From: a bacterium
GTDB lineage: Bacteria > Patescibacteriota > Saccharimonadia > Saccharimonadales > AWTP1-31
Length of the DNA: 64,000 nt
Assembly (NCBI GenBank): GCA_030426125.1
Contig: JAUHZB010000001.1
Location: forward strand, 26,462-90,461
Direction: 5' to 3'
Shown here piece by piece: positions 49,140 to 57,754 of this stretch. A program made the position numbers and the translations under genes. Position 1 is the stretch's first letter. Each line of letters opens with the position of its first letter. A model generated the notes under the pieces. It saw nothing but the letters and a program-made list of their open reading frames with translations. It searched no databases and was not told the origin of the DNA.

Positions 49140-49400
49140 TATGTTTTGGTTTCCTGAACTTAGCAGGTGATAGTAATTACAGGCAGTAATTATACTACTA
49201 ATTCAAATTATACATCAATAAACAATAATTACAGCCAGCAACCCTATATTGGACTTATTGTTTTTCATGGTTTTAGATATGAATCTAGATTTGCGATATT
49301 ACCCTATCAAGACTATAGTAAATGTAAGTCATGTTAAGACAAATTTTATACAGATATTTAAGTATTGAATCAAAACTTAGGTTACGGTGAAAACATTTAA

Positions 49401-52400
49401 ATGAAAAAAATCAATCTAAAATTAATCAACTGGGCATTACTTTTTGTGTTTGCAATACAAATAACACTGCCTGTTATTTTACCCCCAACCAAGGTTAGCG
49501 CAGCAGAAAGTGTCGAAAGCTTAAAATCTAAAGTTAAACACATACAGAAACTCCGAGGACTTCGAAAGTGCATTGACGATAAACTAGCCACTGGAGGTAT
49601 CGGATTAGAAAGTGGTCCATTTACCCTAAAATTTATTGCTGGTAGAGCAGTGAATGCGTACGATACCCCCGTTGGCCATGGTGTTGATACTGGTGATGGT
49701 AAGTGGGACTGCGCTAGCGCGAGTGGCGACAGGGAGAACACTTGGTTCAAATTAATCCTAAAAAATGGTAGCGATAGTGAATACTACTCAGGTTGGAGTA
49801 GTGGCGGCGATAATTCCTATAAATCCGTTGCAAGCAAGAACCTAGCCGAAGAAGGGGGATATCTATACTTTATTAATCGGGATAATTTAGCTTCCCACTC
49901 TGGAGGTGGAAAGCTAACCGAAGGCCCTGCTAAAGGGAAAGTCAAAGATCAGCTAGGTAGAACAATAGCCGTGCTAGAAAGAGACTTAACTCAAGATGAA
50001 AAAGATGCCATGGCTTACCTTAACCTTTCATGGACTTTTGCTGATTCAAATGCCTGCAAAGCTCAGGAAGTTGACGCCAATAGCGGTGGAAAGAAAGTTA
50101 AAATTGGCAACAAATTATTCAGAGTAGGAAATCCTGGTGGTAAAAATTCAGTTGGTTTTGGCTTTTATGGTGATAACGGTCAAGGTATTGGAGATGGTAA
50201 TTTAACCTGTGAGCAAATAGCAGACAGGATGGCTTCCTTGGCTTCATCATATGAAAAAGCCACCGGTGACACATCCACAATACCCGAAGGATCAAACCGC
50301 GCCGTAGAAGCAGATGGCGACACCGAAGGAGACATAGAAGCACAATGCGATATCACCCCGAATCCGATCACTTGGATAATGTGTGCCTTAATTACTGGTT
50401 TTATAGAGGCCATTAACGCTCTTGATGAAGGAGTTACAAACCTACTAAACATTCGCGCCGCTGAATTCTTCGGCGAAGGCCAAGTAGGCGACAGCTTCAA
50501 TAGCGTTTGGGTAAGTGTTCGGACCATAGCTCTAGGTTTCCTGATAATTGTCGCTCTAGTTATGATAATCAGTACAGCTATAGGTGTTGGCCCCTTTGAT
50601 GCCTATACCGTTAAAAAGGTGATGCCTAGATTAGTAGCAGTTATTATATTAATACCGCTATCTTGGTCTATTGTTTATTTCATGATTGACATGACTAGTG
50701 TTATTGGATTTGGTGTGAGAAATCTAATTCAGGCACCTTTCGCTGCAAATATTGAAGGTATTGGCTTCGGTAGTACTGTATCTACAACTGCTGCAACAGG
50801 ACTACTTGTTGGAGGTTTATTCCTTGGATTACCTGGCCTTCTAAGCTTCTTGGTAGGTGGTTTTTTAGCAGTGCTAATTGCATATGTAGTACTTGTTCTT
50901 CGGCAAATATTCATAATACTTCTTGCTGTATTAGCACCCGTCGCACTGGTTGCAGCCATTCTGCCAAATACACAAAAAGCTTGGAAATTTTGGTGGGAAT
51001 CTTTTTGGAAGGCGCTCATAGTATTCCCAATTATTGCGGCATTTATTGCTGCAGGCCGAATATTTGCCCAAGTCGCCGAAACAACACAAGGTGGAGGTGT
51101 AGGTGACCTTATCGCGTTCGTGGCCTACTTTGCTCCGTATTTCCTAATACCTCAGGCCTTCAAAATGGCAGGAGGTCTACTAGGCAACCTAACTGGTGCT
51201 GTTAATGATCGAGGTCGTGGAGCCTTCGATAGACTTCGGAAGTTCCGCCAAGGGCAAATGCAACAGAATATGCAAAAAATTGATGAGGGGTCGAGATTTA
51301 GCGACAGAACTAAACTTGGCAGTAAGGTTAACTCGGGACTCCGCAAAACCAGTAAATTAAATGAGGCTGGTTTTCGACCAAGTAAAATGCGATCAAACAT
51401 CAATTCTGCAATATCGGCACAAGACCTAAGATTAGCCGATGAAAAAGGCGAAAAAGACGATGCAGTCCGTGCAATAATTAATGATGATGATATGCTAGAT
51501 TCATTTAAATTTGATGATACAGATGATCAAATTCGACAAAGACTACTTGATAGTGGAAGATTCGGCGAGGCCGGATCTAAAGAACTCAATGCCGCAGTTG
51601 CAACAGTGCGACGAGCAAAACGTACGGCTAATAGTAGCGTAAGAAGTCAAATTGCTGCCGTTGGTTCAACCGCAACAGGTACGGGAATAAAAACACATGC
51701 TGATATGTATCAAGCTGCCATTGATGCCTCAGATGGTAATCCATCAACCAGGAACGCTGTATTTGCCAAAATGCGTGCTGCGGCTGAACGCGCCGGTAAC
51801 TACTCATTGTCTGGCCCAGGCCATGCAGAATCAGTAGATGCAATGGAAAGCATGGCGAGAGGAGAGTCGGCATCGAGTATTAATGCCCGAATGCTTGCAA
51901 GATCCATGGAGGTACAAGGGGCGGGTAAAATCCTACAAGGAAAACCTACGGATGTTGAAAACTTAACCGCACAACTAGCAACAGACTATCAGTCCGCTAT
52001 GGCTGATGGAGATCTCGATAAAGCAACCTCACTTGCCGCACAAATGAAATCATTGCGAGATGCAGATAACGGAGCATCGCCTGAAAATACTAAACATGTT
52101 AATGCTATGCTTGCAGCTTCAGAGATAGATGAGGGTATGGTCAACCCCGAAACAGGTGCACCTTTGTCGATCGACGAACAATTCGCAAGGAAAATATCCG
52201 GGCGAATGGGCTCTTCGCTAACAACCGAAGTGAAGGACAAGTATGCCACCGAGCTAGCTGCGGAACATCAACGTCGTGTTAATTCTGAAAACATAGTTCG
52301 AGCTAGAAGCGGACAACCACAACTCACTGGAGCTGAGAGTTTAGCAAAATTTGACAAACTCGTAGATGAGACAGCTCTAAACGTCATTAATCAAAGGATT

Positions 52401-52496
52401 CGTACTCGTGCTGGATCGTACGACGTTGGAGGTGGTAATAGGAACGTTCCAGAAGAACTCAGGAGACAACAAGCCTTAAGTCAAGACGATAATTAA
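49401..52496 (+). CDS. VirB6/TrbL-like polytopic T4SS membrane protein with large N-terminal exported and C-terminal soluble domains
   Basis: 1031 aa; signal peptide, then at least 6 consecutive TM helices (residues about 375-610), divergently transcribed from pilin array. Confidence 0.55.
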   Translation: MKKINLKLINWALLFVFAIQITLPVILPPTKVSAAESVESLKSKVKHIQKLRGLRKCIDDKLATGGIGLESGPFTLKFIAGRAVNAYDTPVGHGVDTGDGKWDCASASGDRENTWFKLILKNGSDSEYYSGWSSGGDNSYKSVASKNLAEEGGYLYFINRDNLASHSGGGKLTEGPAKGKVKDQLGRTIAVLERDLTQDEKDAMAYLNLSWTFADSNACKAQEVDANSGGKKVKIGNKLFRVGNPGGKNSVGFGFYGDNGQGIGDGNLTCEQIADRMASLASSYEKATGDTSTIPEGSNRAVEADGDTEGDIEAQCDITPNPITWIMCALITGFIEAINALDEGVTNLLNIRAAEFFGEGQVGDSFNSVWVSVRTIALGFLIIVALVMIISTAIGVGPFDAYTVKKVMPRLVAVIILIPLSWSIVYFMIDMTSVIGFGVRNLIQAPFAANIEGIGFGSTVSTTAATGLLVGGLFLGLPGLLSFLVGGFLAVLIAYVVLVLRQIFIILLAVLAPVALVAAILPNTQKAWKFWWESFWKALIVFPIIAAFIAAGRIFAQVAETTQGGGVGDLIAFVAYFAPYFLIPQAFKMAGGLLGNLTGAVNDRGRGAFDRLRKFRQGQMQQNMQKIDEGSRFSDRTKLGSKVNSGLRKTSKLNEAGFRPSKMRSNINSAISAQDLRLADEKGEKDDAVRAIINDDDMLDSFKFDDTDDQIRQRLLDSGRFGEAGSKELNAAVATVRRAKRTANSSVRSQIAAVGSTATGTGIKTHADMYQAAIDASDGNPSTRNAVFAKMRAAAERAGNYSLSGPGHAESVDAMESMARGESASSINARMLARSMEVQGAGKILQGKPTDVENLTAQLATDYQSAMADGDLDKATSLAAQMKSLRDADNGASPENTKHVNAMLAASEIDEGMVNPETGAPLSIDEQFARKISGRMGSSLTTEVKDKYATELAAEHQRRVNSENIVRARSGQPQLTGAESLAKFDKLVDETALNVINQRIRTRAGSYDVGGGNRNVPEELRRQQALSQDDN

Positions 52497-52521
52497 TGCG
52501 CATTGACATAGTGATATATAT

Positions 52522-53670
52522 GTGATAATATATAAAATAGACATGAAAACAAAAAACCACCCTCCTACAAACACAATCAACTCTAGCCCTGAAACACAAC
52601 CGCAACCTATAGAGATCCAAGAAGAAGAAGTTGCCTATAGTGGCTTGCGTCGTGAACTTTTTCAACGTGTCTCGGATGCAGCCTCAAACAGCATAGAAAA
52701 AACCTCGCAAACAGACCATGTAATCAGGACTGCTCCAAGTGGTGCAGAAAGAACCAGAGGCTTCTATAGCGCTCCTGAGCCTAACGACGTTAAGCCGGTC
52801 GGAATTTTCGAAAAAGCAGCAAGCCATATCAGACAAAGACAAGCTGCAAAAAAGCGTCGCCTAGAGTATGAACGTCGGCGGCTGCACAGTAGTCACGGAG
52901 GAGTCCCAGAGGACACAATAGACTACTCTAATCCAGAAAAACCCAAAAACCCAGTTTTTACGCTGGAAAGAGAATTCTCTCCAACAGCCCCAAGCGTCAA
53001 AAAAAGTGTTGAAAAATTAGAAAAAAACAGAGAAGATCAAGGGGTACCTAAAGCCAGCAAACTAGGTGTAAAGCCGATGAATGACTATGGTGAAGTCTAC
53101 AAAAAAAGAAGATCTTGGAGAGAGCGTAGAATAGAAAAAACCCAAACCAGAAAAGATCGGCGATTAAAAAAAGCTATTGATAGGCTAGACAGAAAACTCG
53201 AACGGGGCGAAGACGGTAAGACCTTGCATGGTAAATATCGAGATAAAAAAATTCATTTACTTGAATCTCTTAAACAATATTCCGATAAAAGAGTCGCTCA
53301 TGAAGACAGTAAACTTGTTAAAGTTGCACGGCAGAAAAACAAGCAAGAGTTAGCTAAATTTCTTGCAACGCACCCACCACTAGCTATGATGAGTCGAGCT
53401 GAAGCACAACAGCTGTCCGATTTACAGCGAGCAGGCGAAGCTCGTGTACTAGAAGCTGAAATGGAACTATGGATGAGGAGGTCGGGCGCAATTTCTGAAA
53501 ATGAGCGTAGGAAGTTAATTAGACAGCGTCGAGAAGCATCCTTTAGGGGAGATCAGCATAATCGACGATTGATGAAAACCGCAGCAGGCAGGCAACAACT
53601 AAAGCGACAATTCAATATAGACAATGGTGTATACGGAAGATTGCCCGAAGAAGACCAAAGTAGGAAATAA
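52522..53670 (+). CDS. hypothetical highly basic K/R/E-rich coiled-coil protein within T4SS locus
   Basis: 382 aa, runs of KKRR / RRRL, no TM; possibly nucleic-acid binding (inference only). Confidence 0.4.
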   Translation: MIIYKIDMKTKNHPPTNTINSSPETQPQPIEIQEEEVAYSGLRRELFQRVSDAASNSIEKTSQTDHVIRTAPSGAERTRGFYSAPEPNDVKPVGIFEKAASHIRQRQAAKKRRLEYERRRLHSSHGGVPEDTIDYSNPEKPKNPVFTLEREFSPTAPSVKKSVEKLEKNREDQGVPKASKLGVKPMNDYGEVYKKRRSWRERRIEKTQTRKDRRLKKAIDRLDRKLERGEDGKTLHGKYRDKKIHLLESLKQYSDKRVAHEDSKLVKVARQKNKQELAKFLATHPPLAMMSRAEAQQLSDLQRAGEARVLEAEMELWMRRSGAISENERRKLIRQRREASFRGDQHNRRLMKTAAGRQQLKRQFNIDNGVYGRLPEEDQSRK

Positions 53671-53717
53671 TTTAACAATACTGTACACAGCGACAATTAC
53701 TTTGTACCATATAGGTT

Positions 53718-54782
53718 ATGGCAACCTACAAAGTACTCCAGGATATAGAAGCTGAAGACACCTTTCTAGGTCCTCTCACTCTAAAACAGTTCATCTTCGG
53801 GGCTGTGGCTATTGTTAGCTCATATGTTGCATTTTTGTTAATGACCAAAGGTCTATGGGTGTTAGCTATCCCACTACTGCCGGTAATCTTTGTGCTTGGC
53901 TTTCTAGCTTTCCCGTGGGGAAGAGATCAACCAACCGAAACATGGTTGCTAGCAAAAATTCGCTTTATGTTTAAACCCAGAATTCGTATCTGGAATCAGA
54001 CTGGTATTCAAGAACTAGTAAAGATTACGGCGCCACCACCAAAACTAGAATATACCGGAGATAACCTATCACAAACTGAGGTAAAAAGTCGCCTTAAAGC
54101 CTTGGCAGAAACCATCGACAGTCGTGGCTGGGTGGTTAAAAACGTCTCCGCTCAACAATACGCCAGCCCTAGCTACGGTCTGCTCTCTAAAAAGAATCAA
54201 TCTGATAGATTGGTTGAAGTATCTACTTTACCAAAAACCGAATCTCCAATAAATGACAATGGTATCGAAGACATGTTTGATAGCAGTAGGGCCGATCAAC
54301 TAACTAGTCAAATAGATCAAAGAAATCAAGATCACCGCAAGGAAACTGTCAGTCAGCTAAAAAGTGCCGCCAAAAAAGACAGCCAACCAGCCCCAGATCT
54401 ATGGTTCATGAATGAAGGTCCAGCCCCCAGCAAACCCGGCATGGCTAGCTTTGGAACCTCTACTGTCGCTCCTGGACAAAGTAGCTCTTCACTACCTAAT
54501 AGTTTTAGGTCAAAAAAACAGACTAAAGATCCAGACGAAAAAGCCATCTCTGAAAAACTAAAAGCTAAAAAAGATAAACCCGGGCAAGCATTCAGGAATC
54601 ACAAAACCATAGTTCCAGCCGACCAACAAAAACCATTAACACAACCGATGACAAGCGTGCCTGACCCTGTTACAATTGAACTAGCCAGAAACAACGATCG
54701 CAACATCGACAGTTTAGCTAGGGAGAGTACTAGAGCCCATAAACCACCTGAAGATGATGAAGTAGTTGTATCTCTGCATTAG
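53718..54782 (+). CDS. PrgI/VirB3-like two-TM T4SS protein with long S/P/K-rich C-terminal extension
   Basis: N-terminus DTFLGPLTLKQFIFGAVAIVSSYVAF (cf. PrgI-family F-GLT-RQ motif) followed by second TM; located immediately upstream of VirB4. Confidence 0.5.
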   Translation: MATYKVLQDIEAEDTFLGPLTLKQFIFGAVAIVSSYVAFLLMTKGLWVLAIPLLPVIFVLGFLAFPWGRDQPTETWLLAKIRFMFKPRIRIWNQTGIQELVKITAPPPKLEYTGDNLSQTEVKSRLKALAETIDSRGWVVKNVSAQQYASPSYGLLSKKNQSDRLVEVSTLPKTESPINDNGIEDMFDSSRADQLTSQIDQRNQDHRKETVSQLKSAAKKDSQPAPDLWFMNEGPAPSKPGMASFGTSTVAPGQSSSSLPNSFRSKKQTKDPDEKAISEKLKAKKDKPGQAFRNHKTIVPADQQKPLTQPMTSVPDPVTIELARNNDRNIDSLARESTRAHKPPEDDEVVVSLH

Positions 54783-54805
54783 AATAAAGTGGGTAAAACA
54801 GATAT

Positions 54806-55822
54806 ATGAATCCAACGCAGAACCAACCAGCTTCGGCTATGCCGCCTCAAGGACCTGGCGCTAACCCCTACGCAAATAATGCTCTACCAAACACCGCACC
54901 TCCAGCCGGAGGTATCCCAAACAACCAAGGTGTATCTTCTCAGGCTAATCCAATGCCTGGATCAGTTCCTTATACTGCCGCCTCCTTGCCGGGCAATAGT
55001 TTTAACCCACAATACAATCAGGCTCAACAACAGAACCAACAACCAAGTCAGCAACCTGGCGTTTCCCAGCCAAAAACAGTAGCTCCAAAATCTAACCCCA
55101 ACAGTACTCAAAACACTTTAAACATTGCCGAAATACGCGATGGTATCGTAATAATGAACGATGGTAGTTTTCGTTCTGTAGTGATGGTTAAGTCGGTAAA
55201 CTTCGATCTAATGAGCCCTCAGGAGCAGGAAGCTGTAGAGTATAGCTACCAAGGTTTTCTAAACTCGCTATATTTTCCAATTCAAATAAATATGCGTTCT
55301 CAAAAAGTTGATCTATCTCCGTATATCGAAAAATTAGACAAGATCAGAACCGAGCACGACAATATGCTTTTAGCTCTGCTAATGGAAGATTACATTAACT
55401 TCATGGGAGACCTCAGTCAGCAAACCAACATTATGGATAAAAAGTTCTACGTTGTTATACCCTACTTCCCAACCGTGGACATCCAAAATGCTCTTAGTAA
55501 CAGCAAGGGTCTAGTTAAGGGTCTCGGGGCACTATTTAGCAAAAGTCCTCAAACCCAAGTTACTATCAACGAAGTTGATCTAAACAAAGCTAAGGACGAA
55601 CTCAGAAACCGCGTACAAGCAGTCCTAGGTGGACTAATGCAATGTGGGGTACAAGGCTTACCGCTAGACACTCAAGAACTTATTGAGCTCTACTATGACA
55701 GCTACAACCCTGACACCGCCACCCGCCAGCAGCTAAAGAACTTCGACAACCTCACTGCACCTGTAATAACCAAGGGTCAAGGTCAAGCCCATAATCCAAA
55801 CCTAGACAGGGAGATGAACTAA
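54806..55822 (+). CDS. VirB4-like ATPase, N-terminal segment (Q/N/P-rich extension plus VirB4 N-domain), separate ORF
   Basis: Residues about 110-338: LNIAEIRDGIVIMNDGSFRSVVMVKSVNFDLMSPQEQEAV resembles the N-terminus of Gram-positive VirB4/TraE proteins; stops in TAATG overlapping next ORF. Confidence 0.5.
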   Translation: MNPTQNQPASAMPPQGPGANPYANNALPNTAPPAGGIPNNQGVSSQANPMPGSVPYTAASLPGNSFNPQYNQAQQQNQQPSQQPGVSQPKTVAPKSNPNSTQNTLNIAEIRDGIVIMNDGSFRSVVMVKSVNFDLMSPQEQEAVEYSYQGFLNSLYFPIQINMRSQKVDLSPYIEKLDKIRTEHDNMLLALLMEDYINFMGDLSQQTNIMDKKFYVVIPYFPTVDIQNALSNSKGLVKGLGALFSKSPQTQVTINEVDLNKAKDELRNRVQAVLGGLMQCGVQGLPLDTQELIELYYDSYNPDTATRQQLKNFDNLTAPVITKGQGQAHNPNLDREMN

Positions 55823-57738
55823 TGCTCGGTAAAAAGAAAAAAGTAGAGAATGATCCAGTAGCTCTTGCCCAACAACAAAGAGCCCGCGAGGAACAAGAAG
55901 TAAACGCTGCCTTTAATAAAGGTGTCACTGCTCTTCGTGACTTTATTGCTCCAAGCTCCATCGAATACCAAAACAACTTCTTCCACCTAGGAACTAGGAT
56001 TGCCAGAACCTTCTATGTTTTTGGTTATCCTCGGCAAATCTTCACCGGCTGGCTTAGTAGTATGATTAACCTCGATGAAGTCCTGGATCTATCTATCTAC
56101 ATCTACCCTGTAGAGAGTCAGGTGGTGCTAGAAAATCTTCGGAAGAAGGTAACCCAACTTGAAGCTGGACTTCAGATTGATGCTGAAAAGGGAAGAACCA
56201 GAGATCCAGGTAAGCAAGCAGCAATTCAAGATGCCGAAGAAATGCGCGACAAACTACAAGTGGGTGAAGAGAGATTCTTTAGATTTGGCCTATACTTTAC
56301 AATTTATGCTTCCAGTATGGATGAAATGGAGTTCGTAACCCATAAGATTGAATCAATACTCGGTCAGCAGCTAGTCTACTCCAAGGTAGCCACCTCTCAG
56401 CAAGAACAAGGTTTTAACAGCACCGTCCCCCAATTCACCGACCAGCTTCAAATCAGGCGCAACATGAACACCGGTGCTATTAGTACTAGCTTCCCATTTA
56501 CCAGCGCTGATCTTAGTCAAGACAACGGTATTTTATACGGCATCAACATGCACAACTCTGGTCTGGTAATATTCGATCGGTTTACCCTAGAAAACAGCAA
56601 CTCAGTGGTCTTCGCTAAGTCTGGTGCTGGTAAGTCATTTGCTGTAAAACTAGAAGCTCTTCGAAGCCTAATGTTTGGCACCGAGATTTTCATAATTGAC
56701 CCCGAAAACGAATACCAGAGAATGGCTGAAGCGGTTGGGGGAGCCTACGTTAGACTTAGTCTTAGTTCGGCCACTCGAATTAATCCATTTGACCTGCCAA
56801 AAGTAGTAGACACCGAAGAAGCTGACAATGCTCTCAGAAGCAACATAATTACCCTTCACGGTCTCTTGCGACTGATGATGGGTGGTGCCCAGGCTCAGAT
56901 GGCTGGCAGTGGAACAGCTGCCATGCCAGCCCTAAATCCAGTAGAAGAATCCGATCTTGATGCAGCCTTAATTGAAACTTACGCTAAAGCTGGAATCACC
57001 AACGATCCACTAACCCATAACTCCCAACCACCGACCATAATGGACCTATACGACACCTTACTTCATATGGGTGGTACCGGACCACAATTGGCTCAACGAA
57101 TCAGAAAATATACCACCGGTACCTTTGCTGGGATTTTCAGCCAACAATCCAATACAAACATAAACAACCCGCTAGTGGTCTTTAATATTCGTGACCTAGA
57201 AGATGAGCTCCGACCAGTAGCTATGTATATAGTCCTAAACTACATCTGGAACAAAACTAAAAGTGACCAGAAAAGACGCATGCTTGTCATTGACGAGGCC
57301 TGGCAGTTAATGAAATACGAAGATTCAGCCAACTTTATGTTTAGCCTTGCTAAACGAGCTAGGAAATATAACCTAGGCATCACCACCATCAGCCAAGACG
57401 TTGAAGACTTCATGGGTAGCCGAATGGGAAGGGCGATTGTAGCTAACGCTAGTATGCAACTACTACTAAAACAATCTTCTTCAGCTGTCGACGTATTAGC
57501 CGATGTCTTCAAGCTTACTAGTGAAGAAAAGAAAAGACTTAGCCAATTCCCAGTCGGTCAAGGTTTGTTCTTCGCTGGCCAAAGCCACGTGCATGTTCAA
57601 ATCCAAGCTAGCCCTACTGAGATGAATCTAATAACCACTAATCCTGACCAGATGCAAGAAATTAGTCAAAGTGGAGACCTAGACAAACCACAAGGCACTA
57701 TTGATTTACAAAACCGCTTAACACCAGGATCAGGATAA
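55822..57738 (+). CDS. virB4: VirB4/TraE/CagE-family T4SS ATPase, C-terminal segment
   Basis: Walker A AKSGAGKS, Walker B/DEAW (RMLVIDEAWQLM), upstream ...IEYQNNFFHLGTRIARTFYVFGYP conserved VirB4 region. Confidence 0.8.
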   Translation: MLGKKKKVENDPVALAQQQRAREEQEVNAAFNKGVTALRDFIAPSSIEYQNNFFHLGTRIARTFYVFGYPRQIFTGWLSSMINLDEVLDLSIYIYPVESQVVLENLRKKVTQLEAGLQIDAEKGRTRDPGKQAAIQDAEEMRDKLQVGEERFFRFGLYFTIYASSMDEMEFVTHKIESILGQQLVYSKVATSQQEQGFNSTVPQFTDQLQIRRNMNTGAISTSFPFTSADLSQDNGILYGINMHNSGLVIFDRFTLENSNSVVFAKSGAGKSFAVKLEALRSLMFGTEIFIIDPENEYQRMAEAVGGAYVRLSLSSATRINPFDLPKVVDTEEADNALRSNIITLHGLLRLMMGGAQAQMAGSGTAAMPALNPVEESDLDAALIETYAKAGITNDPLTHNSQPPTIMDLYDTLLHMGGTGPQLAQRIRKYTTGTFAGIFSQQSNTNINNPLVVFNIRDLEDELRPVAMYIVLNYIWNKTKSDQKRRMLVIDEAWQLMKYEDSANFMFSLAKRARKYNLGITTISQDVEDFMGSRMGRAIVANASMQLLLKQSSSAVDVLADVFKLTSEEKKRLSQFPVGQGLFFAGQSHVHVQIQASPTEMNLITTNPDQMQEISQSGDLDKPQGTIDLQNRLTPGSG

Positions 57739-57754
57739 GGTTGAGGTATAGCTT

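Noticed and set aside
50119-52249. Several 74-115 aa minus-strand ORFs inside the VirB6-like gene
   Set aside because: Antisense shadow ORFs within a long CDS; Arg/Pro/Ser-rich nonsense translations.
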